Part shown: in pieces, positions 51,545 to 61,755 of the stretch | How the letters are laid out: every line of letters starts with the position of its first letter | Position numbering within the stretch: position 1 is the stretch's first letter | From: Pseudomonas sp. | Lineage (GTDB): Bacteria > Pseudomonadota > Gammaproteobacteria > Pseudomonadales > Pseudomonadaceae | Direction of reading: 5' to 3' | Length of the DNA stretch: 64,000 nt | Assembly (NCBI GenBank): GCA_034006005.1 | Contig: JAVETP010000006.1 | Span: 9,944-73,943, forward strand | Position numbers and translations under genes: made by a program | The notes under the pieces: generated by a model | What the model saw: only the letters and a program-made list of their open reading frames with translations | Told to the model about the DNA's origin: nothing | Database searches by the model: none

Positions 51545-53626
51545 TTAGAAGAACCAATCTGCAGACACCTTAAAGGTACGTCCTGGCTCCCAGTTCGCAT
51601 AGTGCTGACCGGCAACGGCTGTCGCAGTATTTTTAGTTTGTACCGTGCGCGCAGTGACATGATCGGCATAATGCTTATCAAACAGGTTTTCCACCACAAA
51701 GTTAACTTGGAAGCGATCCTGATCAGCCAAAGGTGACCAACCCACGCGTAGATTATGCACGCCATAGCCTGGCTTATCAGGACGGCCTACCGGCACATCG
51801 TTCAAACGTTTCACCGCAACCAAGGTGTAACCGGCATTCAATGCTGGCGTTAAAGTCCAGTTTGCATCCAAAACCAAACGATCACCGGTCGATACACCCA
51901 CACGGGCTGACTCACCACTGGTATCCATCGGTTGACCATTCCAGTTGCGCACCACATTATGACTGTAGGCCATACTCAATAAAACATCATTTAGGCCCCA
52001 ATGCCCTGCCAGCTCATAACCATGACTGCGTACAGCTCCCGGCGCATTACGAATATGATCCGTAACACCTTTCATACCTTCGCCTGGGACAATCTGATAG
52101 TCACGAATATGGGTGTTATACATCATAAAACTTAAACCTAAATGATCACCCGGCGTCAACACCGACATATCATGCCAGCGCACACCCAACTGACGCTGCT
52201 GCGCATATTCAGGTTTTAAATGACCATTTTTGCCAAGACGAAAATCGCTTGAATACTTTTGCAACCAGCCCGCCTGATTGAGCTTAGCACCCCGTGCTGA
52301 CTCGCCGTAGCCTGCAAATAAGGTCAAATCAATATTGGACAACGGGTCCCACTCAAAAGTGGCGTTAGGCGAATACACTTCACCTTTACTGCCCACACCA
52401 TTGGCATAGTTGGTATCGTAAAAATCACCACGCCCACCCACAGATAAGCGCACCGGCCCCCACTGCATGCGATTCTGAATAAACACACCATGATTTAAGG
52501 CGCGCTCATCGTAATGGCCCTGACTGTCCCAGCGGCTACCGCGATCATGGAAATGATCAAAGCCAGTCACCAAGGCATGCTGAATCGGCCCTAAAGCAAA
52601 GCGCCAAGTATTACGTACGCTGCCGCCGAGGCTGCGTGTTTCATAGGTTTCATCGCCCTGATCACGATACAACTCCAAGCGACTGACGTTGTGATACAAG
52701 CTCGTCTCTAGATCAATGAACGGCTGACTCGTCGGTTGATAGCGGTGATTGACCGTCACCGTATCGCGAAAGGCTTCTTGATCATCATCCGCTTGAATAT
52801 CATTACCCGTTTGCCATGGCATATTGGCGCGCAAAGTACCGCCCGAGTTGGTATTACGCTCTGCAGCAATACGCAAACTATGGCCGTCTTGTTCCAACAT
52901 ACTGAGCTTAAATAAATAACTGCGGTTATCACCATCCGTGGACTCAATACGATGCCCCTTGCCGTCTTTTGACGTTCCACTGTCCAGCGTACGCACATAA
53001 CCGAGCAAACCAGTGGAATCATTCAACAGGGTGTAGGCTGAGGCAATCCCGCCGTGCGTGCGGGTTTTATCTTCAAACTGCGCACCCAAGCGTGCACCAC
53101 TGGTTTGCCCTGGACGTAATAAATCCTGCGCATCAACTGTTGCAAAACGCACACTACCACCCAGCGCACCCGGCCCGACATCAGCCGCCGCCGGCCCTGT
53201 ATCCACAGAAATCTGCTTATATAAATACGGATCAACCTGCACACGCCCTTGGTGGTGAAAGGTATTAGCCCCTTGACGCGCGCCATCAATCTGAATATTT
53301 AAGTTCAAATCTTCGACACCACGCAACATGATTTTTTGCCCATTACGTGATCCTGAGCCCACTTGCACGCTGGGCTCAGTGACAAAAACATCACGTAAAC
53401 CCTTTGCCATAGTTTTTTGTAAACGCTCAGCATCAACATGATGTGTATGAGGCGAATCTTCAAATACTTGCTGCTGAGCTTTAACTGTTTGCTCAGGCAA
53501 TGTCAGCGAAGCCTGCTTAGCATCGTGGGAAAAAGCCAAAGGAGTCACAACTGCACAAGCAGTTGCAAGAAGGCTCAATGATAAAATACGCTGTTTTTTT
53601 AGCAGCAAGGGTGGCAGAGTATCCAT
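51545..53626 (-). CDS. TonB-dependent receptor (FrpB/FetA-like plug)
   Basis: Signal peptide, LRGVEDLNLNIQIDGARQGANTFHHQG plug, VENLFDKHY...PGRTFKVSADWFF terminus. Confidence 0.93.
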   Translation of the reverse strand: MDTLPPLLLKKQRILSLSLLATACAVVTPLAFSHDAKQASLTLPEQTVKAQQQVFEDSPHTHHVDAERLQKTMAKGLRDVFVTEPSVQVGSGSRNGQKIMLRGVEDLNLNIQIDGARQGANTFHHQGRVQVDPYLYKQISVDTGPAAADVGPGALGGSVRFATVDAQDLLRPGQTSGARLGAQFEDKTRTHGGIASAYTLLNDSTGLLGYVRTLDSGTSKDGKGHRIESTDGDNRSYLFKLSMLEQDGHSLRIAAERNTNSGGTLRANMPWQTGNDIQADDDQEAFRDTVTVNHRYQPTSQPFIDLETSLYHNVSRLELYRDQGDETYETRSLGGSVRNTWRFALGPIQHALVTGFDHFHDRGSRWDSQGHYDERALNHGVFIQNRMQWGPVRLSVGGRGDFYDTNYANGVGSKGEVYSPNATFEWDPLSNIDLTLFAGYGESARGAKLNQAGWLQKYSSDFRLGKNGHLKPEYAQQRQLGVRWHDMSVLTPGDHLGLSFMMYNTHIRDYQIVPGEGMKGVTDHIRNAPGAVRSHGYELAGHWGLNDVLLSMAYSHNVVRNWNGQPMDTSGESARVGVSTGDRLVLDANWTLTPALNAGYTLVAVKRLNDVPVGRPDKPGYGVHNLRVGWSPLADQDRFQVNFVVENLFDKHYADHVTARTVQTKNTATAVAGQHYANWEPGRTFKVSADWFF

Positions 53627-53639
53627 TCAAAACATACCA

Positions 53640-53660
53640 ATACGTTATAATATAACTCGA
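53640..53660. promoter_or_regulatory. Zur box-like palindrome
   Basis: GTTATA-A-TATAAC perfect core (53644-53656), 18-30 nt upstream of the receptor ATG. Confidence 0.7.
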
Positions 53661-53902
53661 TATATTACAGCGAATAAAAACCAAGATGCAAGAGGGGGGT
53701 TAATTGCAGAATATAATCGGCATGACAGAACCAAGCCTACTTGCTATATAGAAGTATAAAAATCGATCATTGAAGGCATACAGTACTGTATTAATATCAA
53801 ACGATTTGGGAAAAGTTACTGCTATCTCAACGTATCGGCAGATGGCCAGTCTCAAGCAACTGATGCTGTATCAAACAGCAAAAAGACTATATCTACTGAT
53901 AC

Positions 53903-53935
53903 AAAAACGGCGCTGAATCGCTTCAGCGCCGTTTT
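53903..53935 (-). terminator. Rho-independent terminator of the FMO gene
   Basis: AAAAACGGCGCTGAA-TCGC-TTCAGCGCCGTTTT. Confidence 0.85.
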
Positions 53936-53957
53936 AATACAAGCCGTATATCAAGAA

Positions 53958-55340
53958 CTAGCTTGCTTTCTTTTTAGGTGTTTTGCTGCAGAACGACAAG
54001 TTCAAAAAGTGCTCAAGTGAATCATCTAAAATATCCAACCACGGCTCTGGCAACTCTGGCGCCAAAGTGTTGGTTAAGGTTGAGCGATAAGCCTTTTCTC
54101 TAAAGCCCATAATGTCGACTTGCTTATCTTTTTGCCATTCTTTAAAGATCTCACCCTGCTGCTCTACAGCAAACTCAGGGTAGTCAGTCACATTGGTTAA
54201 GTCGCGAATATACTGCGCTTGGAAGTCGATATCACCATCAACATCGGTGACTTTCGCATATTCAGCCAGCCACTTCTGCTCATCGGCTTGGCGTTCGGCC
54301 AACTCAGGCAACTGAATCTGGTCAAGAATCACATCACGTGCATACCACGCTTGTGCATCAAACATATTGAAGGTGAAATACTGATCCTGCATACCCAAAT
54401 AAATCAACTGTGGGTTCTGCTGCCAGAAAATACCTTTATATAAATTCTCTGGATACAAACAGTTATGCGTTTGTAAACGCAACTCATCAGGTAAGAACGG
54501 GAAGTGGAATAAATAACCCGTACACATAATAATCGCATCAAAACGCTGACTGCTGCCATCAACAAAATGCACTACATCATCTTCAAAGCTTGCAATCAGC
54601 GGCACTTCTTTAATGCCTTCAGGCCAATCGTAACCCAGCGCCTGGCTGCGATAACTGATGGTTACTGACTTAGTACCGTACTTATAGCACTGAGTACCAA
54701 TATCTTCAGCTGAGTAACTACCACCCACCAACAGAATATCTTTATCTTTAAACTCTAGCGCATCACGGAAGTCATGGGCATGCATCACACGACCTGGAAA
54801 CTGCTCTAGACCTTCAAAGTACGGCATATTTGGCGTTGAGAAGTGACCTGTTGCAACAACAACATAATCAAACTCATTGGTTTCCTGCTCACCGCTTTTA
54901 TGATTCATCACGGTAACAGTGAATTTCTGCGTCTCATCGTCAAAGGTCACCCAACGCACTGGGCACTCAAAACGAATGTACTTACGGATATCTTGCTGAT
55001 CAATACGCCCCATAATATAGTCTTTAAGGACTTCACGTGGCGGATACGATGGAATGGGTTTGCCGAAGTGCTCTTCAAAAGAATAGTCCGCAAATTCTAA
55101 ACATTCTTTTGGGCCATTCGACCATAAATAACGATACATACTGCCATGAACAGGTTCACCGTTGCGGTCTAAACCTGTGCGCCATGTATAGTTCCACATG
55201 CCGCCAATATCATTTTGTTTTTCATAGCAGACAATCTCTGGCAGGTCCTTAACCCCAGCTAGACGTGCTGCTTCAAATGCGCGCAATTGCGCCAAACCAC
55301 TCGGACCTGCGCCTAAAATAGCGATTTTTTTCTGACTCAA
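53958..55340 (-). CDS. Bacterial flavin-containing monooxygenase (trimethylamine monooxygenase-like)
   Basis: GAGPSG, WNYTWRTG, HGSMYRYLWSNGPKECLEF, FPGRVMHAHDFR, GGSYSAEDIG; TTG start with GGAG SD. Confidence 0.9.
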   Translation of the reverse strand: MSQKKIAILGAGPSGLAQLRAFEAARLAGVKDLPEIVCYEKQNDIGGMWNYTWRTGLDRNGEPVHGSMYRYLWSNGPKECLEFADYSFEEHFGKPIPSYPPREVLKDYIMGRIDQQDIRKYIRFECPVRWVTFDDETQKFTVTVMNHKSGEQETNEFDYVVVATGHFSTPNMPYFEGLEQFPGRVMHAHDFRDALEFKDKDILLVGGSYSAEDIGTQCYKYGTKSVTISYRSQALGYDWPEGIKEVPLIASFEDDVVHFVDGSSQRFDAIIMCTGYLFHFPFLPDELRLQTHNCLYPENLYKGIFWQQNPQLIYLGMQDQYFTFNMFDAQAWYARDVILDQIQLPELAERQADEQKWLAEYAKVTDVDGDIDFQAQYIRDLTNVTDYPEFAVEQQGEIFKEWQKDKQVDIMGFREKAYRSTLTNTLAPELPEPWLDILDDSLEHFLNLSFCSKTPKKKAS

Positions 55341-55590
55341 AATACTCTCCCATAGATAACATTGGCTACTACTTTATATTAAATTGGCATATAAGTCCAA
55401 CTAGTACATAATATAAATAAGATAAAAAACTTAATTAAATAGTAAAAAACATATATCCACAGAACAATAGAACTATATTAATTTGAATATTTTAAAACTA
55501 AAAAATACAAACAAACTCCAACAAACCATATACAAGAATATTAAATAACAAGCAGTAGAACGCCATACCACCCTGATATTCAGCACAAAC

Positions 55591-55630
55591 AAGCCTGCTC
55601 TTCTATCTTCATGAAGAAAAGAACAGGCTT
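55591..55630 (-). terminator. Hairpin downstream of yghU
   Basis: AAGCCTG...CAGGCTT imperfect stem. Confidence 0.5.
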
Positions 55631-55646
55631 AATATAGGAAAGTTAT

Positions 55647-56522
55647 TCAATCGCTGGTTTCAGGCGCCAGCTTATCTTGGGTTTTCAAATCGAAATCCGA
55701 AGCATCGTGACGTTCGCGTAGCTGCTCGCTAGGCTTGCCCGATGTGCGATTGACGATACGGCCACGCTGAACCGCTGGGCGCTGAAGGATGTCTTGAGCC
55801 CAACGACGCAGGTTGGTATAGCTCTCCACATCGAGGAACTCGCCCGCACCGTAAGACTCACCTAGCACTAAGTTGCCATACCAAGGCCAGGTGGCGATAT
55901 CGGCAATCGAGTACTCGTTGCCACCTAAATAGCGATGCTTGGCCAGCTCTCGATCCAATACATCAAGTTGACGTTTCACCTCCATGGTGAAGCGATCAAT
56001 CGGGTACTCAAACTTTTCTGGCGCGTAAGCATAGAAATGGCCAAAACCACCGCCTAAATAAGGCGCTGAACCTTGCAGCCAGAACAACCAATTTAAGACC
56101 TCGGTACGGGCGGCAACATCTTTAGGCAAAAAATGACCGAATTTATCCGCTAAATAGAGCAAGATCGCGCCACTTTCAAACACTCGACTGCCGCTATCAG
56201 CATCAAACAGCGCAGGAATTTTCGAGTTAGGGTTGATCTCAACAAAGCCCGATGAAAACTGCTCTCCTTCACCAATCTTGATCAGATGCGCATCGTATTC
56301 AGCGCCTGTTTCACCGAGTGCCAACAACTCTTCAAGCATAATGGTGACTTTCTGGCCATTGGGCGTGCCCAGCGAATAAAGCTGCAAAGGATGTTTTCCA
56401 CGCGGCAAGATAGCCTCGTGCGTAGCGCCCGCAATGGGGCGATTAATACTGGCCCATGCGCCGCCACTCTCAGCATCCCAAGTCCAGACGCGTGGTGGTT
56501 GATATTGATTACTGTTCGACAT
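55647..56522 (-). CDS. yghU: Glutathione-dependent disulfide-bond oxidoreductase (Nu-class GST)
   Basis: YQPPRVWTW, INRPIAG, SLGTPNGQKV, NPNSKIP, FESGAILLYLA, ERHDASDF. Confidence 0.93.
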   Translation of the reverse strand: MSNSNQYQPPRVWTWDAESGGAWASINRPIAGATHEAILPRGKHPLQLYSLGTPNGQKVTIMLEELLALGETGAEYDAHLIKIGEGEQFSSGFVEINPNSKIPALFDADSGSRVFESGAILLYLADKFGHFLPKDVAARTEVLNWLFWLQGSAPYLGGGFGHFYAYAPEKFEYPIDRFTMEVKRQLDVLDRELAKHRYLGGNEYSIADIATWPWYGNLVLGESYGAGEFLDVESYTNLRRWAQDILQRPAVQRGRIVNRTSGKPSEQLRERHDASDFDLKTQDKLAPETSD

Positions 56523-56788
56523 AATCCCAATCTCCATTGATTTTTTATTTACGCAACAGACACGCTAACTTAAATTCTGCGTCTTAGCCAAGACACCCAG
56601 AACACTAATGCCATACTTTTGCGCCACATATTTAAACAAACGCAAACAAGTTTTTAAACGGCCTTAACAGACGAGCTCCCAATACAACACTAGAAGCGTA
56701 CAGCTTGCGATATACTTCAGGATTAAGTGCACTATTGCGCTACACCTATTTATTTATGACTGCCCCGTATTTTGTAGGAATATCAGTT

Positions 56789-58627
56789 ATGCACACGAGT
56801 CATACTCCGCGCTATCGTATTCAGACGCGCCTCGGCTTAGCTTGGTTTGTATTCTTATTTTTATTGTTTGTGTATTGGCTGCGCTTAGATTTTGCCCATC
56901 AAAGCCAACTGGCTGAAGCGCAAGAGCGCGCTGAGTTACGCGCCAGCCAAACCGCTCATGCCTTAAGCACACAAGTGAACACCCAACTGATGGGTATTCA
57001 TTTTATGTTAGAGCACTTAGCTGAGCACTGGGTTGACCATGATGAAACTGTATTTCGCAAACTTATTGATCTTTCCCAAGATGGAATATTCAAAGGATCG
57101 CTGGATGTTATCTCTGTCACAGATACAGAGGGTAACGTTGTATTTAACAGCAACACACAACAGGGACAATTCTTAGACAATATTTCTATGGCTGATCGCA
57201 GCTATTTTCAGCAACTGACGCATCCAGATACAGAAGGCTTTTTAATTAGTGCGCCCGCACTTAATATGATGACTCAGCGCTGGACTGTGCAGTTTAGCCA
57301 TCGCATGCTCGATAATGGGCAGTTTGCTGGAATTATTACAGCATCGGTGCCGGTCGAACACCTCGCAGAAGCTTTTAAGCAAGTTTTTCCTGCCAAAGAG
57401 GACGTTGTTCTGCTCACGCTCAATGACGGCCAATACCTTGCTCGTACTCATGCACTTAAAGCTTCACTGACTACAAAAGTACCTGCAGATCGTGATTTCA
57501 TTCAGAACCCTGAGCAAATCAGTGGTAACTATAGCGTCGTAGCACCGATCGATGGAGTCGAGCGTATTTATGCTTGGCATCGTATTCACGGCTTCCCTGT
57601 CGTCCTCAGTCTAGGCTTAGGCAAAGATCAAGTCTTGGGGCCTGTGTCACGTTCAATCCAAGAAAGTAGACAACAAAACTTTATCGGTACCATTCTATTA
57701 TTGCTGGCGGCCCTGTGGATTACGCGTTTAGTCTTCAACCAAGCCAAGCAGAACAGATCCATATTGCAAGCCAAAGAACGTTTAACAACACTACTCAATC
57801 AACTACCTTCAGGTGCTTTACTTGAGGATGAAAACAGCGTCATTGTTGCAGCCAATGCCAAGTTGTGTGCACTACTGAATATTGATCTCAAACCCAACAG
57901 TTTGGTGGGCTTACATCACGACCAATTTCTAACGATGTTGCAAGAAGAGCAGGCATCTTGGTTGCCGCTAGCCTCCATCACATTAGAACAAGGCCAGTTC
58001 ACTGAAGAAATCTATAGTTCATCAGGTCACATACTCAAAGTCGATTGGGTGCCTATTCAACGTGATCACCGTTATTTAGGCCATGTGTGGTTTATTCAAG
58101 ATATCAGCTCACGCAAACAAAAAGAGCAAGCGCTGCAGACACTGGCAACCACCGACCCGCTCACAGGATTGCACAATCGCCGTAGTTTTCTAGATACTCT
58201 GCAACAACAGCTGGAGCTCAGCCAGGTCGACTTGCCAGGCGCTTTACTGATGATTGATATTGATCACTTTAAAAAAGTAAACGATACCTACGGCCATCCC
58301 GTTGGCGACCGGGTGATACAGAACGTGACTCAAGCCATTCACGACACTGTGCGCAAAGATGATTTTAGCGGGCGTTTAGGTGGAGAAGAGTTTGCTGTAT
58401 TGCTACCTCAAGTCACCTTGCAGCAAGCCTTGCAAGTGGCTGAGCATATTCGCCAAAACGTCGAGACAACCATAACCCCGCTGGAAACAGAAACAGTCCG
58501 CGTCACTGTGAGTATTGGCGTGACATCGATGTACGGAAAAGATAAAAACAGCATACAAATTGCCGCCGACCAAGCACTGTATACCGCTAAAAATTCTGGG
58601 CGTAATCGTGTGTGTCATAACGCTTGA
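56789..58627 (+). CDS. Diguanylate cyclase (TM-dCache-TM-PAS-GGDEF)
   Basis: DRSYF Cache motif, TDPLTGLHNRR, DIDHFKKVNDTYGH, RKDD I-site, GGEEF; AGGA SD before ATG 56789. Confidence 0.9.
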   Translation: MHTSHTPRYRIQTRLGLAWFVFLFLLFVYWLRLDFAHQSQLAEAQERAELRASQTAHALSTQVNTQLMGIHFMLEHLAEHWVDHDETVFRKLIDLSQDGIFKGSLDVISVTDTEGNVVFNSNTQQGQFLDNISMADRSYFQQLTHPDTEGFLISAPALNMMTQRWTVQFSHRMLDNGQFAGIITASVPVEHLAEAFKQVFPAKEDVVLLTLNDGQYLARTHALKASLTTKVPADRDFIQNPEQISGNYSVVAPIDGVERIYAWHRIHGFPVVLSLGLGKDQVLGPVSRSIQESRQQNFIGTILLLLAALWITRLVFNQAKQNRSILQAKERLTTLLNQLPSGALLEDENSVIVAANAKLCALLNIDLKPNSLVGLHHDQFLTMLQEEQASWLPLASITLEQGQFTEEIYSSSGHILKVDWVPIQRDHRYLGHVWFIQDISSRKQKEQALQTLATTDPLTGLHNRRSFLDTLQQQLELSQVDLPGALLMIDIDHFKKVNDTYGHPVGDRVIQNVTQAIHDTVRKDDFSGRLGGEEFAVLLPQVTLQQALQVAEHIRQNVETTITPLETETVRVTVSIGVTSMYGKDKNSIQIAADQALYTAKNSGRNRVCHNA

Positions 58628-58650
58628 ACATTGTTCTAATGGAGTCACCA

Positions 58651-59199
58651 ATGATCACAACCCCGTGTCACACTTTAGTGCTGGGCGGCATACGCTCTGG
58701 CAAAACTGCATTAGCAGAAGCACAAGCGGCAGCCCTGCCCCAGCCCGTGGTGTATGTGGCCACTGCGACTGCAGGTGATGATGAGATGGCCAATCGAATT
58801 AGCAGACACCAAGCCATTCGACCGCAGGCCTGGGGGCTGGTGGAAGAGCCGCTGAATCTGGCCAAGGTATTACGCGAACACGGGCAACTCAGTCCTGCAC
58901 CCTGCTTGTTGATTGACTGCATGAGCTTATGGCTGAGTAATCTGTTGCATGTTGGTGGCGAACAGCTTGAGCTGCAGCGCGAGGCTTTTTTGCAGCAAAT
59001 CGAGGCCTATCCCGGCCCGCTCGTGATTGTCAGTAACGAAACCGGACTGGGCACCATCGGTATGGATCCGCTGACACGCAAGTTCTGTGATGAGCTGGGC
59101 TGGCTGAATCAGGCATTGGCGCAACGCTGTCAGCGGGTGGTGATGGCAATCGCTGGGCTGCCACTGATATTAAAGGACTCAACAACCACTGCTGTTTAG
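58651..59199 (+). CDS. cobU: Adenosylcobinamide kinase/guanylyltransferase
   Basis: GGIRSGKT, YVATA, EMANRISRH, IDCMSLWLSN, VSNETGLG; GGAG SD. Confidence 0.93.
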   Translation: MITTPCHTLVLGGIRSGKTALAEAQAAALPQPVVYVATATAGDDEMANRISRHQAIRPQAWGLVEEPLNLAKVLREHGQLSPAPCLLIDCMSLWLSNLLHVGGEQLELQREAFLQQIEAYPGPLVIVSNETGLGTIGMDPLTRKFCDELGWLNQALAQRCQRVVMAIAGLPLILKDSTTTAV

Positions 59200-59334
59200 C
59201 AACAGCTGCTTGCTGCTGACTGACATAGGTCACAGTCTCACAACCACGCTGCAAAACCATACTCCGACTCAGCGTAATCAGATACGCTTAGGCGCATTAT
59301 GACCACCACCTATTTGTGCTAGGGAAATCCGCTG

Positions 59335-60276
59335 TTGTTATTCACTCCTTTTATTGTTTGCACACTTGCTCTGCTGTTGGATCGCCTGCTAGGTGAGCCA
59401 CGCCGCTGGCATCCGCTGGTTGGTTTTGGTCGCATCGTTAATGCAGTGGAAAAAAAGTGGAACACTCAGCCAGATCGTCCTGCGCGGAGCCTGTTTGCAG
59501 GTTCTGGCGCATTACTGCTAGTGACACTGCCGATATTGGCGGTGGCAGTATGGATTTCTGTTGCACTGAGTGGACTGTGGTCGATAGTGGCTCAAGCCGT
59601 GGCACTCTGGCTGGCCATCTCACTGCGCGGACTGACGGAACACGGTCAAGCAGTCGCCAAGCCGCTGCAGCGCGGCGATCTTGAATGTGCTCAGTATCAT
59701 GTCAGCCGTATTGTCAGCCGCCAAGCCAGCGCATTAGACGAACAAGGCGTCGCCGCCGCTGCCACTGAATCAATGCTGGAGAACGGCGCTGATGCAGTGT
59801 TTGCCAGCCTGTTCTGGTTGCTCATCGCTGGTATTCCCGGTGTGGTGCTGCACCGCATGGTCAACACTCTCGATGCCATGTGGGGTTATCGTAGCCCGCA
59901 GTTTCTGTATTTTGGCCGAGCCGCCGCGCGACTGGACGATATCTTAGGCTGGGTGCCCGCGCGCCTCACCGCACTCACCTACGCATTGCTCGGCAACCGC
60001 ACAATAGCGCTGCAATGCTGGCGAACTCAAGCACCACACTGGGACAGCCCTAACGCAGGTCCAGTGATGGCAGCTGGCGCCGGCGCGTTAAATGTTCGCC
60101 TCGGGGGTCCATCGCCTTATCCAAGTGGCATTAAACAACGTCCGATTCTGGGTGGAACCCTACCGGCAAATGCTGCCAGCATTGAGGCGGCCATTGGCCT
60201 GGTGCGCCACGGCACTTGGCTGTGGTTGGCAGTTATCTTTGCAGTCACCGTATTTATTTATGTGATGGGGTTTTGA
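59335..60276 (+). CDS. cbiB: Adenosylcobinamide-phosphate synthase
   Basis: GEPRRWHPLVGFG, ESMLENGAD, NTLDAMWGY, SPNAG. Confidence 0.93.
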   Translation: MLFTPFIVCTLALLLDRLLGEPRRWHPLVGFGRIVNAVEKKWNTQPDRPARSLFAGSGALLLVTLPILAVAVWISVALSGLWSIVAQAVALWLAISLRGLTEHGQAVAKPLQRGDLECAQYHVSRIVSRQASALDEQGVAAAATESMLENGADAVFASLFWLLIAGIPGVVLHRMVNTLDAMWGYRSPQFLYFGRAAARLDDILGWVPARLTALTYALLGNRTIALQCWRTQAPHWDSPNAGPVMAAGAGALNVRLGGPSPYPSGIKQRPILGGTLPANAASIEAAIGLVRHGTWLWLAVIFAVTVFIYVMGF

Positions 60277-60278
60277 CC

Positions 60279-61289
60279 ATGCAACCCAAACATGGCGGAC
60301 GCCTGAATGAAGCCGCTCAGCACTGGGGTATTCCCCGCGATCAGTGGTTAGATCTATCCACCGGTATCAACCCAGTCGGTTGGCCAGTGCCGCAGATACC
60401 TGCGCAGATCTGGCAAAGGCTTCCAGAGGAAGATGACGGACTCAGCGATATTATTCGGCACTGGTCCAGTGCTCCTGCCACTGCAGACTGCGAGCCTATT
60501 GCTGGTAGCCAAGCCGCGATTATGGCCTTACCGCGTTTGCGCCAGCCCTGCCGTGTCGGCATACCCGTCATCGGTTATCGTGAACATGAATACAGTTGGC
60601 GACAGGCCGGTCATGACATTGTGTCGATTACAGCCGCACACACAAGCCACGACGACGAGCGCTGGCTGGATCAGTTAGACGTGCTGGTGTGGATCAATCC
60701 CAATAACCCTACCGGCGAATTGATCCCGCCCACAACCTTGTTGCGCTGGCACCAACGCTTACAACAGCGCGGTGGCTGGTTGGTCGTGGATGAGGCATTT
60801 ATGGATGCTACGCCAGAACTCAGCCTATGCGCCTACGCCGGACTGCCCGGCTTGATTATTTTGCGCTCGCTGGGAAAATTTTATGGTCTGGCAGGTATTC
60901 GCGCTGGCGCAGTTCTGACAGAGCCAAGCATCGTGCAATCTTTACGCCAACTGCTCGGCCCTTGGTCACTCAGCGGCCCCAGCCGTTACGTGATGGCGCA
61001 GGCACTGCTGGATACAACATGGCAAGAGCAAACCCGCATCAGGTTGCAGCGCGATACGCAGCGATTAGCGGCTATATTACAAGCAGCTGGGCTCAGTTTG
61101 CTGGGTGGCACAGTATTATTCCAGACCGTGAGAACTGATGCTCCAATAGAGCTGGCCGAGCAGTTGGCAGCACAGGGGATTCTGGTCAGAATCTTTGAGC
61201 AGCCAGGTATGTTGCGCTTTGGATTGGCTGCAGATGAACAACAATGGCAACGATTAGAGACGGCGTTACTGACACAGACCCGCGATTAG
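60279..61289 (+). CDS. cobD: Threonine-phosphate decarboxylase
   Basis: HGG, WLDLSTGINP, GSQAAI, NPNNPTG, VDEAF, RSLGKFYGLAGIR. Confidence 0.9.
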   Translation: MQPKHGGRLNEAAQHWGIPRDQWLDLSTGINPVGWPVPQIPAQIWQRLPEEDDGLSDIIRHWSSAPATADCEPIAGSQAAIMALPRLRQPCRVGIPVIGYREHEYSWRQAGHDIVSITAAHTSHDDERWLDQLDVLVWINPNNPTGELIPPTTLLRWHQRLQQRGGWLVVDEAFMDATPELSLCAYAGLPGLIILRSLGKFYGLAGIRAGAVLTEPSIVQSLRQLLGPWSLSGPSRYVMAQALLDTTWQEQTRIRLQRDTQRLAAILQAAGLSLLGGTVLFQTVRTDAPIELAEQLAAQGILVRIFEQPGMLRFGLAADEQQWQRLETALLTQTRD

Positions 61290-61329
61290 TCATTGACCGA
61301 GCAAGGGCACCTTGTTAGCCTTCGCCAGC

Positions 61330-61545
61330 GTTTTCAGGTGTTGTTATGGCCTTATTATTGTCATAACAGTGAAACGGGAAGCCGGTTAGATTCCGGCACT
61401 GCCCCCGCAACGGTAAGTGAGTGAACAGCGCAGATACATGCCACTGTGTATTAGTATCAGTAGGTTTAGGCTGATCGATCAACTCATAAGTCCGGAGACC
61501 GGCCTGTCAACACACCGAACGCTGCGGAGGGCAGTTGCGGTGGGA
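61330..61545 (+). ncRNA. Cobalamin riboswitch
   Basis: CAGGTG...GGGAAGCCGGTTAGATTCCGGCACTGCCCCCGCAACGGT...GCCACTG...AGTCCGGAGACCGGCCTG, plus a downstream GCGGAGGGCAG hairpin complementary to L5. Confidence 0.92.
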
Positions 61546-61600
61546 AAAACCTACCTTTCTTACGGGATTTCCCCACCTGTTTTATAATGCTCTAGTCTGA

Positions 61601-61729
61601 TTTCTGGCCAGAAACCTCTTCCCCTGTAGCTCCTTTACAACTACCCATATAGATAAGTGTGGTGTATCGAACCTTAACTCTATCGCAGCGGGCCACACTG
61701 GCATGCTAACGATCCGTTACGACCTCTAA
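61601..61729 (+). pseudogene. Probable relic of a TonB-dependent (BtuB-like) receptor 3' end
   Basis: Start-less frame FLARNLF...AAGHTGMLTIRYDL*, resembling the NLF...GRT-x-x-L-x-x-x-Y-x-F receptor terminus; sits where btuB is expected. Confidence 0.5.
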
Positions 61730-61755
61730 TACACTGCGCAGACGGGAGTAAAAGC

